DNA of 64,000 bases from Deltaproteobacteria bacterium (GCA_002685535.1 NYXK01000211.1:28803-92802), one strand, 5' to 3'. Shown: positions 12,101-25,811, numbered from the stretch's first letter. Notes: generated from the letters alone by a model not told the origin. Numbers and translations: made by a program.

Positions 12101-13183
12101 ACAATGCTCAAGACCATCTCGATTTCCTCCGCGGCAAGAAAGACTCCGCCCTCCTCATCGACGGCGAATCCCTCTCCCTCCTCCTCACCCACTTCCGCCA
12201 CGACTTCATCAGCCTCGCAGTCCTCCTCCCCGCCGTAATCGCCTGCCGGTGCTCCCCAACACAAAAAGCCGACATCGCGCACCTCATCCGCGAGTTCACC
12301 AAAAAGCGCATATGCTGCATCGGCGACGGCGGCAACGATGTCTCGATGATCCAAGCCGCCGACGTCGGCGTCGGCATCGTCGGCAAAGAAGGCCGTCAAG
12401 CCTCTCTCGCCGCCGACTTCTCCATCACTCAATTCTGCCACCTCACCAAACTCCTCGTCTGGCACGGCCGCAACTCCTACAAACGCTCCGCCAAGCTCGC
12501 ACAGTTCGTCATCCACCGCGGCCTCATCATCTCCGTCGCTCAAACCATGTACAGCATCGCTATCAAGTTCGAACCCGAAGGCCTCTACAAGGACTGGTTA
12601 CTCGTCGGCTACGCTACAGTCTACACCATGGCTCCGGTCTTTTCTCTCGTCCTCGACAAAGATGTTGACGAGAACCTCGCGAACCTATACCCAGAACTGT
12701 ATAAAGAGTTAACAACCGGCTCATCCCTCTCATACCGGACCTTCTTCGTCTGGGTCGCGGTCTCCATCTATCAAGGCGGCATGATCCAGGGCCTGTCGCA
12801 AATCCTGACAGAGGTCGACGGCCCGAGAATGGTCTCTGTATCGTTCACCGTGCTGATTCTAAATGAGTTGACGATGGTCGCGTTTGAGGTTACGACGTGG
12901 CACCCTATCATGATTGTTAGTCTTGTGGGTACGTTGCTGCTGTATTTGGGGAGTATACCGTTCCTTGGGGGGTATTTTGATTTGGGGTTTATTGTTACGC
13001 TGTAGGTTTTCCCCTGTTCTAATTTTTGCGTCTAGAAGGCCACATTCTAATGAAAAGATGTATAGTGGATTTATCTGGCGCGTCGCTGCCATCTCGGCAA
13101 TTTCTCTTATACCGCCTTATGCAGGGAAATTGATTAGAAGGGCTATCAAACCGCCTAGTTATCGAAAGGTGCAGGGGATCTAA
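9115..13183 (+). CDS. NEO1: P4-type ATPase / phospholipid flippase, Neo1/ATP9 class
   Basis: DQLDGETDWK, DKTGTLT phosphorylation site, MLTGDK and IGDGGNDVSMIQ motifs. Intron 13002-13065 (GTAGGT..CTAAT..TAG) joins the last exon GFIWRV...PPSYRKVQGI*. Confidence 0.96.
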
Positions 13184-16100
13184 ATCGCCCTTGGCTCTTG
13201 AATGGAGAGAGGGCGGAGGCAGTAGTTCTGGCTTAAGTATGAAGCCCGTGGTTGTAAGAGACGTTGAACTGAATTGGATTGTATTGTACTATTGCATAGC
13301 GCGGTGTTTTTGGCTTTTTGTCGTCTACATAGCTGGAAAATTCCTTGGAGATAGAATTTCGAGTCTCTCTACCCCCGCCTTTCCCACCAGCTGCATTCCC
13401 AACCCGTGGAATCGGCATAACCGCAACTAAAAGAATCTTTCCCTCCCACCTTGACAGCTCCTTAGCATCTCACGTAAGCCGGTCGACTGACACCGGACAC
13501 ACTGTTGTCACTCAGTGATCCCGAGTGATTATGTGATAAGTAGCCGTAGTTCGCTCTTTTGACTGTGAGACCACCAGGACTATTCTTGATCAGGCACTGG
13601 TTTGTAAAATGATATCTCAGCTCTCCAAGCTCTTGATTCTATGGAAAGTGAGGTTATTTCAATTTCTGCTCTTGAAAATGACAACAACTTTTCCACGACA
13701 GAGATTCTGTACTCGGCAGCCACACTAACCCCTTCACTGCCCTCGTACTTCTCCCATGCCAATCTATCTCCCAAAGTCCCGGGAAACCACTCAGTCTTTC
13801 TTCCAACATCGAATTCTGCTCTATGTCTCTCACTCAGATTAAGGTTGACGAATTTGACATCTTACAGCACAAGCACACAATAACGGGAAGCTGCTTTGCC
13901 ACGCACGAAGTGAGACAACGTCACTTGCTACCAGTTCATTACTGTGTACCAAGAGCTTCTTTTGAGCTGGTTTATATATATATTATACAGATGCGGACTC
14001 TTGAAATCCAGTAGGGGAAAGGTCACGGAAACTTGAAAATTATGGTAAAGCAAGAGACAGAGGGATCAGTTGAAGCTTAAGAGCGAATCGAAAAGTGGAA
14101 GAAGTGAGCAGGATTATTCGGTGAAATGAAGATGATTGGGGGATTGATGATGCTTCGATATGTTGCTACTGTCTTGTCGAGTAAAAGGTATATAATTGCC
14201 AATCCGAATGTGAAAATTCGAAAAAGCAGGTTCGCAGGCATGGTCCCTCCATCTGACCAGTCGTTCCAAGCGTCTGGCTTACATACTCCGCGCTAGTTCT
14301 GGGTTTTCTAGGTCTTGTGATTGCAAAATCTCTGTCATTAGGGAATTGGGGCGCGGACCGGAGTGGTAGTTGAAACATGGCTCGAAACATTGTCCTCCGA
14401 AATGAAATGGAGAGGAACAGATGGTAATGAACAGAAAATGACCGAGAGATGTCGGCAGAAGGGAGATGGTAGTCGTATGTATTGGGTAATAAGACATCCC
14501 TTCGCGTCGCGGTACTCAGGAACGACAGTATATTATGCTGGGAAGGTTCCAGAGATCAGCTAAGGCACGAGATCGCTGATGTGCTATATTTGAAAACATT
14601 GCGGTACAATAAGACAGTAGAAAGAACACCGGTCCTCCCATGGCTATGGCTAATCCATGTGTACCCGCAATGAACATGTGGTAGGGATGGTCGGGGGCGA
14701 CTTATGTACCATGCTAGAAGAGAGTATGTACTTTTGTTGATGATCTGGATGCGTCCGTATGTCTGGATTTTTCGGCTTCGTACATAGTTTAGTCCCACCA
14801 GTTTAGGATATCCTGTTTGTAAGGACGAGTACCTATATAAAGCCTTCCGCGTCATTGAACTAGATCTCCACAACCTAGAGAACAATGCATACTCTGGGTG
14901 ACGGAAGACACTGCTGATATTCCACCTTCGTAAAGCACCGAACATTGATGTTTCCCAGGATTGAACAGTGATGAGGGGTAGATGAACTTACATATAGGAG
15001 TCTTGAGAAAACGTATTTCTCAAGTAAGAAAACAAACACAGAAAGCCAACGTAAGCTGACAATAAGAAGTATAATGGCAGTGGAATGGAAATACTACAAT
15101 AACAACTTAAGAACACAAGAGCTCACAGCCGCTGAGTGTACGACCTTCACCGTCATGCCTTGTTGGAAGAAAGGGTTCAAAGAGGCAATTCTGGGCTGAA
15201 CAGTGCAAGTGAAAGACCTCTGCGGAACGGCAGGATCTTATCTGGCCCGACTCTGCGGTTTTGGACTCTTGTTCTGATATCGCTTACTGGATACTTGTCG
15301 ATGCGAGTTAGATTATATATAGGCAGGAAGTGGTGTTGAGTTAAGAAAAAGTAGCATGTTGATCGAAAACATTAGTAGCATTTGGACAGGTGGTGTTTCT
15401 CCTTTGAGGGCGTGAATCAATTCCGCACGACAGACAGACTTCATCAGAATGGATAAGTGGAGTTTTGCAAATCGATCCACATTTTAAGCCTCAATCTCAC
15501 TTCCAGCAAACTTGAAATAACCTCCTTTCCCCAGCCTCACCAGACCTTTTCCAACGTATAATAACCACGTACATATCCACAAAGGTCAAGTCTCTAACCA
15601 CCTACAATGAACTCTTCTCAAGGCCGTTATTTGAGATCTCTTGAAGACTGCTGAAGTTGCTTTAGTCCCAAGGTTCATTACTCGATCGTGCACTCGGTCT
15701 GTCGCGAGTCAACTGTTGACCTTCCTTGAAGATCTGGGAGTGTTCGCTTCTGGCCACAATTCCAAACTGGCAAAAGGGGATCGCCAACTGTCGTCGCTTT
15801 GACAGCAAACAAACAGCAAACAACCAAAGTGGCCTACTCTTCTTCCTTTGATGATGCCATTATAATCTAGTCACAGGGTGTGTTTCACTGCCTTAAACAT
15901 TAGTTCCACATCTAAAGCTGCGGTACGACAGCACTTGACAACATGGCAGTCTAATTTAAAAGGTAGACCTGGCTACTAGGCCAGTGATTCTTCCTGTGTC
16001 GGCCAGTGGTATCGACTCACTGGTGGTCACAATATTTCAGCTTTATATAGCCTGACTTGGGTCCAACTTCTTTTACTTTGGCAGAGTTCAGAGTGAGGCT

Positions 16101-17463
16101 CAGGGCAGTTCTGCGACGCTGCATCGTAGGAGCGAGATCTGAGAATCGGACAGTTATACCTTAAAGACTGCACCTGGCAATTTCTTCAAGAATGGATAAC
16201 CTTGTTTCCGTCGTACCGCAAATTTCATGACATACACCAAGCTTTACTATGTCTTCCGACTTGCCACGGTATGTGATTACTAGATATTGAGAGTCATCCG
16301 GAAGACATTGCCATGGCTGTTGAAGAGCGGCTCCAGTAGTTTCCCTGTTGGTGACAGGTATATTGATAGGGGTCACCACGGATATGTTCCGTGCCGTCGC
16401 CGTTTAGAGCAGGAGGAAATGTGATGTCGCTTATCTATAGACAGACAACAGGATCATTACGATGACAATCGAAGAGATCTTGACAACAAAACTACTCTTC
16501 GATATAAATTGGCGATTAGGAACAGCGTCATTCTGATTTTCGAGGTCAGTGTGCTTTTGTGGAATTTTAACCAGTACGTTGACAGCGGCAGGAGAAGTGG
16601 CAATAGAACACAGCTCCAAACTGCGACTAAGCTAGGGAGTACGATCAAAAGCTATCCCCTGCATTGCAAAGTAATATACTGCCCTTTTGTCACAAAGACC
16701 CGAAAGCAATACCACAACGTTGCTGCTCGTAATACCGCGGATCCAGTCAGAAGCCGTTCACCAGCATCAGACAATGCTCTCCGAGTGCATTCAGCTTGAC
16801 AACCGGGAAGCCTGCTTATTGCGCTTTTTAAGTCTTGACTCACAAGTATCTTGAATTTTCAAAACCTGGAACATTGTCCAATCACGCAAGGATTTGCTTT
16901 TGACTACATGAGCGCTTTGTTTACTATCGTGGTTTTCAGGGGGCGCCAAGCGAGCGAGACTAAATCTAGCGATTGTGCAACAACAACAGAGGAATAAGGA
17001 GAAAACAAGATCAAGATCGCTGGGTCATGCTACACTACTGCATGCAAAATTGTCGCAAACAATGCAGGTCTTGTACGTAACTTCTGCCATCTCTGCCAAA
17101 TCAACATTTGGAGGTTCCTCGTCTCGCCAAGAACTGGGCATCCAAAGGCGGCGTCCAGTTTCCCCTCCCCTGAAAATGATACCAGGATGCTCGGCAAGGG
17201 GCGCCTTTTTGAGACCAAGCATCAGCCAATCCTCAACGCCACCAACAGAATGCGCGAACCACTTACGGAAGAGAGTCGTGTGCCCCGGGTGGATCGAACC
17301 CATCGTGGACTGCTGTCAGTTCGCTCAAACCTTGATAAGCGCAAGGCGGGCGCCAGCCAGCGCGTATCTTTCGATTCTGCCATCTTCATCATTCAAGCTC
17401 CTTTTCCAGCTTGTTCTCTACTGAGTCGGGGTCTCATTCCGGACTTTACCACAACAGCTCGTG

Positions 17464-18411
17464 ATGTTCGCAGCTGTGCTTCAGGTTAAGAAGTCGACGC
17501 TGCTTCTCTTCGCTAAAGTAACTGTCGTTTTACTCGTCCTCGCATCCGTGCTGCTCTTCTTCTCAGACACAATTTCATCATGGACGACACGAAACCGTGA
17601 TATATTCACGCCGCATAAACCAATCGCCGGCACCAATGTCGGAGCAATAATTGAAGACCGACCACTCAGTAATCTCGCTCCATTACTGCTGCATTTCTCT
17701 TCAGTACTCGGCCCCAATTGGCCCATCGTGCTGTTCACAAATCCGAGTACGAATCCTCTGCTAGATGCATCTGCGCCGTTCCAGCGCGCAGTCGAAGAAG
17801 GAAGGATAGAAATCCGCGCTTTACCGAAAGATACATCGTTCAAGAATCATGCGGCGGTGTCTGAGTTGCTCACTGCGCCATGGTTCTGGGAACAGCTAGC
17901 TCCCGCTGGCCATGTGCTTTTGTTTCAGGCAGATAGCATACTCTGCTCGAATTCCAAGACGAAAATGGAGAGTTTTCTGGAATACGATTTCGTCGGTGCG
18001 CCGATCGACGTTCCCCTCGAGGGTAATGCCGGACACGGAGAAGGATATAATGGTGGATTGTCCCTGCGGAATAGGACGATGATTTTGGATATCATAAAGA
18101 AGTACAGTTGGATGGGAGAGAAGGCAGAGGGCAAGATTGTGCAGGATGCTTGTGTTACGAAAGCTCCGTGCTTGAAGTTCGAGGATCAGTGGTATTACTC
18201 GAAGATGAAGGGAATGGGTGCCAGGCTGCCGAGCAAGGAGGTTGCGGCGACCTTTGCGGTTGAGACGATTTGGTACGACACGCCGCTTGGATATCATCAG
18301 GTGGACAGGTGGAATGCAGATAATATCGATAAGGTGGTGGAGTGGTGTCCTGAATATAAGATCGCGACCACGGATGGGATCGTTTGGCATGGGAAGAAGG
18401 AAGGAACTTGA
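17464..18411 (+). CDS. DUF5672-family protein with N-terminal membrane anchor (glycosyltransferase-like)
   Basis: N-terminal hydrophobic helix; AIIEDRP, LLHFSSVLGPNWPI, LLFQADSILC, YDFVGAP, NGGLSLRN, EDQWY and PLGYHQ motifs that I recognise from this family. Confidence 0.8.
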   Translation: MFAAVLQVKKSTLLLFAKVTVVLLVLASVLLFFSDTISSWTTRNRDIFTPHKPIAGTNVGAIIEDRPLSNLAPLLLHFSSVLGPNWPIVLFTNPSTNPLLDASAPFQRAVEEGRIEIRALPKDTSFKNHAAVSELLTAPWFWEQLAPAGHVLLFQADSILCSNSKTKMESFLEYDFVGAPIDVPLEGNAGHGEGYNGGLSLRNRTMILDIIKKYSWMGEKAEGKIVQDACVTKAPCLKFEDQWYYSKMKGMGARLPSKEVAATFAVETIWYDTPLGYHQVDRWNADNIDKVVEWCPEYKIATTDGIVWHGKKEGT

Positions 18412-18601
18412 TCTTACGATGCTCTACATGTAACCTTAATTTTGTACGACTGTGCGAATGCTGATACCCCGACGTTGTTTCTTGATTGTTTTAATTTGTC
18501 ACCTTCTTCGCACGAATATCTCATTTGTGTGTATTCATCATTTATACAAGCACTCATCATATCTACAATATCCGCCATCTGTTCTACGCGGCCATCGCTC
18601 T

Positions 18602-19585
18602 TCAATTACCAGACATCTCATAGACTTCTCTACCCTTCTTCGCCATGCTCGACCTAAAAGCCGGCATCTCATGCCTCTGCTGCGGTACTTCCATCTCCTG
18701 CGGTCCCTTCGGACTCTCCGCGACATGCTCAACCAAATGTTCCTCGTCTGACTTCATCCTCGTCCGTCGCCAAACCAACCAAGCCCCAGCAGCAATCGCA
18801 AGTATCCCAAGCACGACACCGATGCCGATTCCAGCTTTCGCTCCTCCCGATAAAGAACTGGCTTCGACTGCCAATATCGTCGCTGCTGTTGAAGCGCTCG
18901 AGCCGAGCGAATTCGACGGTGTTGTTCTTGCTGTGCCTGATGAAGACTCCGCGGTGGGCGCCGCGGTGATCACATTGAAGCCATTCACATGCATCCCAAA
19001 GACAATGGTTGGGCCAGAAGTTAGCTGTACAGTCGTAGTCTGCGATCCCCAAGGTCCAGAAGGCGTTGTAGATTGGTAGGCAAGAGTCTCCCCACTTGTG
19101 AGCAGAGACGTACACTGTGAAGGAAAGGAATCTTTCCCAGTGACCGGGACATTCAACTCAAATTCCCTAGATCGAGTCAGTTACTCTCGAGCCCCTTTAC
19201 GGAACGTAGCAAGTACTCACGAAGGACAACAAAACACATGCTGAGTGCTCTCGCTAACCAGCAGCGTCTGAACCGCACTATACGCTCCAGGACACACAAA
19301 CGTCGGGCCCAACAGCGTCGTCGTCTCCGTATCCCGATCACTCTGTCGTAACGAGGACGTAACTTCAGTCGGTAAACATGGAATCGCGGTCGGCACAATG
19401 CTCTCTCCAAAAAGAGGATCAAATGCGATCAAGTTCCCACCGAGTCCAGCTCGCTGAGCATACAACTGCGTCGAGCAGGCTGCGATCGACGTCCACCTCG
19501 AGCTGATCGGTAGCCAGGCTGTTGTCTTCCCGTCAACGACTTCAAGGGTCTTGTTAGGGAAGAAGAAATCGTCTGCATCGGACAT
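18602..19585 (-). CDS. Single-pass cell-surface protein (Cys-patterned ectodomain, Ser/Thr stalk, GIGIGV TM helix)
   Basis: Two ORFs joined in frame by intron 19167-19220 (GTGAGT..CTGAC..TAG). Shows CPGAYS and FCCPS motifs, LSGGAKAGIGIGVVLG TM helix and an acidic tail with PQEM/VYEM repeats. Confidence 0.75.
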
Positions 19586-20673
19586 GGCGATCTGCACAAT
19601 AAGCAGGAGACTTCAACGAGTGTCGTACTGCTCAAACTCCAGAACAAAGAAAGGTGCACGAGAAGGCTTCGGAAATAGTAAACAGAAGAACCATGGACAT
19701 GGAGAGCAGAGGAACATCCTGCACCGCGGAGGATCCCAATCCCCCATGCCTCCTCTGCAGGAGACTGAAACAGACGCAAATGGAAGGTCGCTGCAGAGCG
19801 CATCTTGGTGCCACTGGAAACACGGAATTAACGTTGTTGGTGTATGAGAAAGGAGTTTGTTCGGTTGAACCAGACTGTCGGGTCGGAGGATGGTCCAAAG
19901 TGGTCTTTTGGGATGGAAATGCTGCCGCTTTGTAGGCACAGGCGCTTAGGATACCAGAAAACGGCATCTCGGCATCCTGTTCCTGCGCCGAAGTGGATTC
20001 TTGTTGCTGCATATACGAGATGCTCTCCCAGTCGAGGTTTGTGGACACTCTTTTTTCACCTGTAATTTCAAATTGTCTTTTACTAGAGAAAGGCTGGAAT
20101 CGACATCGCCTACCAGCCCTGTCGCTGGGCTGGGTTTCGATTACGAAATACAGGCTGCAGCTCGACAAAGTTTCGGGCTTTCTACACTGCTTGTTTTCTG
20201 TTTTGACGGGCGAGGCGCAGCTTCACATGTTGCCTCGAATATGGCTTCGCTACACAGCTGGCGTTTCTATCTGAACTTTTCAGTTCCTTCAATTCCATCT
20301 AGTCGCTTCAATTGCGACAGCATCGGTTGTGAAGCTGTTACATCATAGCATCATCGCACGAGAGGTTTACTTACGTGATTAAGTTCCTGCTGAGCGGACT
20401 AGTTTTCTAAGCTGTAAGTCTTTCTCACACATCCTTAATCTACCTACCTACACATATCACTTCAAGATAATCTAAGATTGAAAAATATTATGAAGCATAA
20501 TCGTACCCTTCACAAGATCGACAAATTCACAAAAGATCAACACAATCAAATTATATCAAAGGCAGATTCGAATCACGGCAGGCAATTCCAATCATTCATT
20601 CCACAAGCCCGAACCTCAAAGACACCAGAACTCCAGACAAAATCAGCCTTCTCCCCCCCTCTCCACCGACAAT

Positions 20674-21000
20674 CTAAACATACACCCAATTCTCATTCCC
20701 ATCCTTCCCAACCTCATCCCTCCCCGACAATCTACTCGTCAATCTCTGACTCCTCTCTCCATTCCTCCACTTCTGTCTTCTCTTCTGGCCACCAATGCCA
20801 CCACTGCGTCGGATGATGGGAGCTCGATTGGCGGCGGTGGAGGCGGCGGCGGCGTGCGATGGGTACTTTATCCAGCATTGAGGGTGTTTTTGGAGGGGTG
20901 CTGAAAGGGTTCGGAAGGGCTTGCGAGCGACCTGTGCGCGGATGCGGCGGGGTGGGCTGGCGGTTGCTGGGCCCCAAGCTCTTGCTGGTTGGGAAGACAT
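20674..21000 (-). CDS. Possible small basic protein (108 aa), unknown function
   Basis: ATG in good context (AAACATG), pyrimidine-rich leader, Arg-rich product; no family recognised. Confidence 0.3.
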   Translation of the reverse strand: MSSQPARAWGPATASPPRRIRAQVARKPFRTLSAPLQKHPQCWIKYPSHAAAASTAANRAPIIRRSGGIGGQKRRQKWRNGERSQRLTSRLSGRDEVGKDGNENWVYV

Positions 21001-22349
21001 GTTTGATGGTTGTGGTGAGGAGAGAGTTCGTAAGCGAGGGGGAGTGAGGGATTGTGCTTGTGTGTGTTGGGAGATGTTGTGATTGGTATCTTGCAGTTTG
21101 ACGTTGCAGATTTTCGGTGTGCTTGAGAAAAGAAAGGAAGAAGGAAACGAGACTGGAAGGAGGCCTTGAGGATATAGGAATTGGGGAGAAACGACGAGCT
21201 GGAATGTACCTACGATGGCATTGTCTTTGCACTTAGTATTGAGGTTGGGAGTTGGCAATAGGAGAGGTTCTCGCTAAACAATGTTTGGAAAGGAGTGGTG
21301 GGGCGGGCATTGGACAATAGGATTGCAAAGCCGTCTCGAATTCTACAGGGAACGATGGAGCTATAACAGCTTGGTGGCTTTGGATATAAGTAAATGACTA
21401 GATTCATATGTAAATAGCCTTCTAGTAGTCTTCAATCAAGTTTCTGCACTGTTGCATTCACCCTTCACTCGAATATTCTCGCACGATCACGCAAAGATGA
21501 ACTCGCTTGAACTCGTTCCACAATGCCATATCAATTGAAGCAGATGGACACAGCTATCTCATGCAGAACTGAATATCCAATATATCTCTTACTTAGATAT
21601 ATGTAAGTATCTGGAGATACTTGGTCTGTGACCCGAAACCCTCTCGGAGATCAATACAAGATATCGAGCTTGTATTCTGATTAAGCTAATCTTGAGTCTG
21701 GAAGATTCTATCTGCACCACTACCACTTACCACTCAGAAGGATGGACTTCTCGAATAATCATCTTGATATAATTGAATTAGCTCAACATTCTTGCTATCT
21801 TCACGACTTGGTCTCGCAATTGAACTGCTTGCAGTGAAGTAGACCCTAGTCAAGCCATTCTTTCAGTACAGGAAAGGTCCCAAGCAAGAGTTCAAAGATA
21901 ACTAGATATTCGCCCAGTCGTTCTTGGTGCGTTGAATCGTCTGGATAGCTTTGGGGGAAATCGGATAGCTGCGAGACCCAACTTCCCCTGCTTTGCTTGC
22001 AATTCTGCAACTTCAGACAAATTGAAATTATACGGCGGGGATGGACAGCTGGACATGGTATTGATGACAAGGTTCAGGAAGATGCGCGATTTCAGCTGTG
22101 ATAGATCTTTCCGTCAATCAATAATTCAGTTTGTTGCTGTCAACCCCTACCAAGCGCTGAAAAGGCAATCTTCTGATTGGGCAGCGTTGTGGCGCATATG
22201 TTGGTTGCATGGCGGTTCGCCTAGGCTCCACCAGAGGCCATCCACAACATCATTTACCTCAACAATGTCCAGCTTCCATCTACTCCCACACGCATGAAGG
22301 AGAACGAAGTCGCGAATCAAGTTGCCTTTACCATCCTGGTGTGGCCGCA

Positions 22350-24158
22350 ATGTCTCACTCTTTCTATGAGCCATTAGACCCCAACGGAGGCATCCGCCTC
22401 TTGATTCTCGAACCTGGCCAGGATGACAGCCACATCAGCTGCCGCCTGATCTCGCACAACATCAATCTCAATCCAGATTACAAAGCACTCTCATACGAAT
22501 GGGGCTCTCAGAGCATTCAGAGTTCCATCTCGCTTGACAGCCAAAGCTTCCAAGTAGGAGAGAATCTCTGGTGGGCATTGTGGTATCTGAGAAAAGATGG
22601 CGCGGTCACGAGACTCTGGGTTGACGCTCTTTGCATCAATCAACAAGACGAAAAGGAACGTGGTCATCAGGTCTCCATGATGGGGAGAATCTATAGGAAT
22701 GCCGACGTCATCTGTTGGCTCGGCAAGGGAGAAGACCCCAAGCATATCAGAGCGATGGAACATATTTGCGACTGGATATTCATAGAAAGCCGAGCCAAGG
22801 CTGGAGACCGAAGTACCCACCCAGAGAGCTCGACGACAAAGAAGCGCCATAATTCAATACAGGGTGACGACCAGATGTTAGACTCTTTCGCCTCGTCGGC
22901 TTCCGATGATCTCGCTGCCATGGTTGATCCGCCTGCAAAAATGCAGCCAAGAACAGTACTGAAGTCTGGCGTAACTTCCATGCTTCAAGACGAACATGCT
23001 TACTCAAGGTCACCATCTCATTTCGTGGAGGTCGAAGCAATATGTTCGCACAGCTACTGGAGACGAACATGGATTATACAAGAATTTGTACTGGGAAAAT
23101 CTATAAGAATTCGTCTGGGATCGTATGAGATTGGGGAGAGTGACTTCCAGCTTGCTGTGGAGCAAGTCCTACTTCAGCGCTTTAACAGCAAAGGATTGCA
23201 GCTTCTGGACTCATTTAGAGTTGCTTACTTGAGAAGCGATCGTCTAAACGGCCATCAGCTACCACTGATCAGACTTATTGAACTGAGCGAGAAGTCTTCG
23301 TGCCAAGATCTCAGAGACAGGATATATGCTATGATTGGTCTCGCAAGCGACTGTCAGAATGGCGAAATCATTCCTGATTATTCGAAGTCGTTTTGTGAGG
23401 TGTTTGAAGACGTGGTGCTTCGGCACTTCTATCCTTCCGACCTGGATAGGCTTGGACATAGCTGGTCGACTGTCTATGCGAGTTGCCTTGTGCAGAGAAT
23501 CCTCTGGAGGACCTCTGAGAGTGTATCTGAGGTCGATGAGGCGATTCTGGCACAGAAGTTGTTGGATACAGATTTATTGAGTATTCATGGGAAAAGTTGT
23601 GGTACTGTGAGAGAACTCAGCGTGCCTCAAGATGGTATGTGGTGGGCTCATGCTGGTCTTGTCAAGCCAATACGTTCCAGCTCTGCCAGTGATGAAGAGG
23701 TCTATACCAAATTAGACTTGATCAACCAGCAGGGGGTTGAAGGGAATGATGTAGAGAGTCGATCATTTCTGACGTTCACCTGGCCTTGGATAGTGTGGGC
23801 TTTAAAGTCAAAGAAGAGGGAGGAAGAAGAATCACAACCTGAGAGAACAATTATCATGCGGGCTGAGATAGGAGAGAGCTTTCAGTGTTACGTACCGGGA
23901 TGCACCCAGATCGGAGACAAAATCTGTAGATTCGTCAACTCCAGTACGGTTGCAGTGCTCCGACTCTCGGGGAAATCCACCACCCTGATTGGAAGGGGGA
24001 TGATACTGGATCGCTTAGGTGACCTAGACATTCTTCTCGAAGGAGAGACTGGGTCGTCTGAAAACTTCACAGATACCATGTTCAGTCGAAACAACCCAGT
24101 GCTGTCATTCAAGCTCACTCCAGCTGAGCTTAAGAGTCTAACATCTCCTCACTATTGA
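22350..24158 (+). CDS. HET-domain (het-6-like) heterokaryon incompatibility protein
   Basis: YEPL..IRLLIL.PG, YKALSYEWG, LWVDALCINQQDEKERGHQV, VICWLG, YWRRTWIIQE and DLRDRIYAMIGL motifs. Confidence 0.92.
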   Translation: MSHSFYEPLDPNGGIRLLILEPGQDDSHISCRLISHNINLNPDYKALSYEWGSQSIQSSISLDSQSFQVGENLWWALWYLRKDGAVTRLWVDALCINQQDEKERGHQVSMMGRIYRNADVICWLGKGEDPKHIRAMEHICDWIFIESRAKAGDRSTHPESSTTKKRHNSIQGDDQMLDSFASSASDDLAAMVDPPAKMQPRTVLKSGVTSMLQDEHAYSRSPSHFVEVEAICSHSYWRRTWIIQEFVLGKSIRIRLGSYEIGESDFQLAVEQVLLQRFNSKGLQLLDSFRVAYLRSDRLNGHQLPLIRLIELSEKSSCQDLRDRIYAMIGLASDCQNGEIIPDYSKSFCEVFEDVVLRHFYPSDLDRLGHSWSTVYASCLVQRILWRTSESVSEVDEAILAQKLLDTDLLSIHGKSCGTVRELSVPQDGMWWAHAGLVKPIRSSSASDEEVYTKLDLINQQGVEGNDVESRSFLTFTWPWIVWALKSKKREEEESQPERTIIMRAEIGESFQCYVPGCTQIGDKICRFVNSSTVAVLRLSGKSTTLIGRGMILDRLGDLDILLEGETGSSENFTDTMFSRNNPVLSFKLTPAELKSLTSPHY

Positions 24159-24330
24159 GGACCTACACGCAAGAAACTAGATGTGATCTACTCTTAGAGC
24201 AGTATTCATTTTGTTAATCCTAACATTGAACCGAATTATCTCAATCATGGCAATGCCAGAGGACCAAGCTTTGCCGGGGCAATCTTTGGGCCATACTTCA
24301 AAATCACATGAACCTGATGGAAAAACTTGT

Positions 24331-24948
24331 TCACCACGGCAATGGCCCTTCTTTGTTTGAGTAAGTCCCATTCTCCCCGTCCGTCTCAAGTGTCGCCAGC
24401 CTAACAGCATTGATGGCACCACTTTCCGCACTCTCGCTCGGTCCGAAATCCGTCAGGTTAGTCGCCACGAGTCCAGGACAACAGAGATTGATCTTGAACC
24501 TCTTTTCCTCATGCTTCTTCGCATAATTTCACCAACATATTCATCGCTGTCTTCGTCCTCCGATAAATTGGCCAGTTCCCTGCCCAAACCTGCCTCCAAA
24601 CGATCCAAGCGAGCTCGACATGAATACCACGCGAGGAATCTCACTCTTCTCAAGCAAGGGCTTGAATGTTTCCAGAAATTGAAACGCACCGAAGACATTG
24701 GTATTGTACGCCTCAAGCATCACATCTCTGATGAAATTCTCCCCCGGCACGTACTCCTTGTCATTGCCGATCCCATCATTGTTGATCAATACATCCAGCC
24801 GGCCAAACTTGGAAGCCACAATTTCTCCGGCAGCAGTGATGGACTCGTCAGTCGAGACGTCGATGGTGATAGGCTCGACAGACAGTTTCTCGGCTTGTAG
24901 TTTTGCTGCCGCCGCTTGCCCACGTTCGGGGTTGCGACTTCCCATCAA
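24331..24948 (-). pseudogene. Short-chain dehydrogenase/reductase pseudogene
   Basis: GRLDVLINNDG (normally NNAG), NTNVFG and VVFMSSSLGS motifs. YRRTK and KINLCCPGLVATNL...EGPLPW* lie in shifted frames (two frameshifts near 24520-24590). No N-terminal TGxxxGxG is visible. Confidence 0.85.
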
Positions 24949-25811
24949 ATATTGCCATATTTGCTCTTGATGTATGCTAGATTTTTTTTTTCAAGGCCTG
25001 TGAACCATGATGGAGCGATTCTTTCGAGATGTGGATTTTCAGCGTGGTGGAGCCTTTCATCCTTTTTGTGCAACTGTGCCTCCAGCTTCTGTCATGATGT
25101 CCGCGGACTTTTCTTTACCTGCGAGAGAATATTTTCGCATGGCATTTTGGGTTCAGTTGGAGATGGAAGCTTCAAAAACAAGTGTCGTCGTATGTGACTG
25201 ACAGTCTGGAAATCTCATTGGCCCGCTTCTTAAAAGATCGCCAAGTGCGATAGACGATATACGTCAGAGCCAGACTTTGAGCATATCTCTGGGGCAGCAT
25301 GATTGTGTACGAGGACTGAACTTGGAGATAGAGACTTCCAAATTCAGTCAGCCCATGTTCTAGTTAATTTGATCACTGTTATATGCTGACGAGCGTAACC
25401 AAATGTAGAAGTCCTGGCCTGGTGTTACCGCAGACTCGCGTCCTGTTCACCCTCAATTTGTCTGGGCTATTCGGAGTAGAGCATCAACGAAGCTGCTTGA
25501 AACATCGATACATGCGCTTTCGATTTGAAGACAGTTTCTTATTTTTATTTTGAAATGACGGCTAATCTGAGCTGTAAGCCTGGATCGATCAGCTCGACTT
25601 TCAGGCAAGAACTAGTCCATCCCACCTTTGACCAGGATCAAAGAGAGAGGGTCTCGAATATCAACAGCATAATACATTCTACAAGTTGCTCGACGAGAAA
25701 TGGAGAAACGAATCCCTGAGAACCAGTCTACCAAGACTCTCAAAGAAGCGAACTATGCCAGGGTCTCCATGTTACCACATCCGGGTCCGGAGCCATCTAA
25801 TGGTCTCAATC

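Noticed and set aside
12040-12668. Long antisense or alternate-frame ORFs in NEO1 (likewise in SEC16, P5CDH and FAR11)
   Set aside because: Shadow ORFs produced by C-ending codon bias of the real genes.
13430-17400. Many short ORFs in the 4-kb gap after NEO1
   Set aside because: No motifs, codon bias or coherent exon structure; no ncRNA fold recognised.
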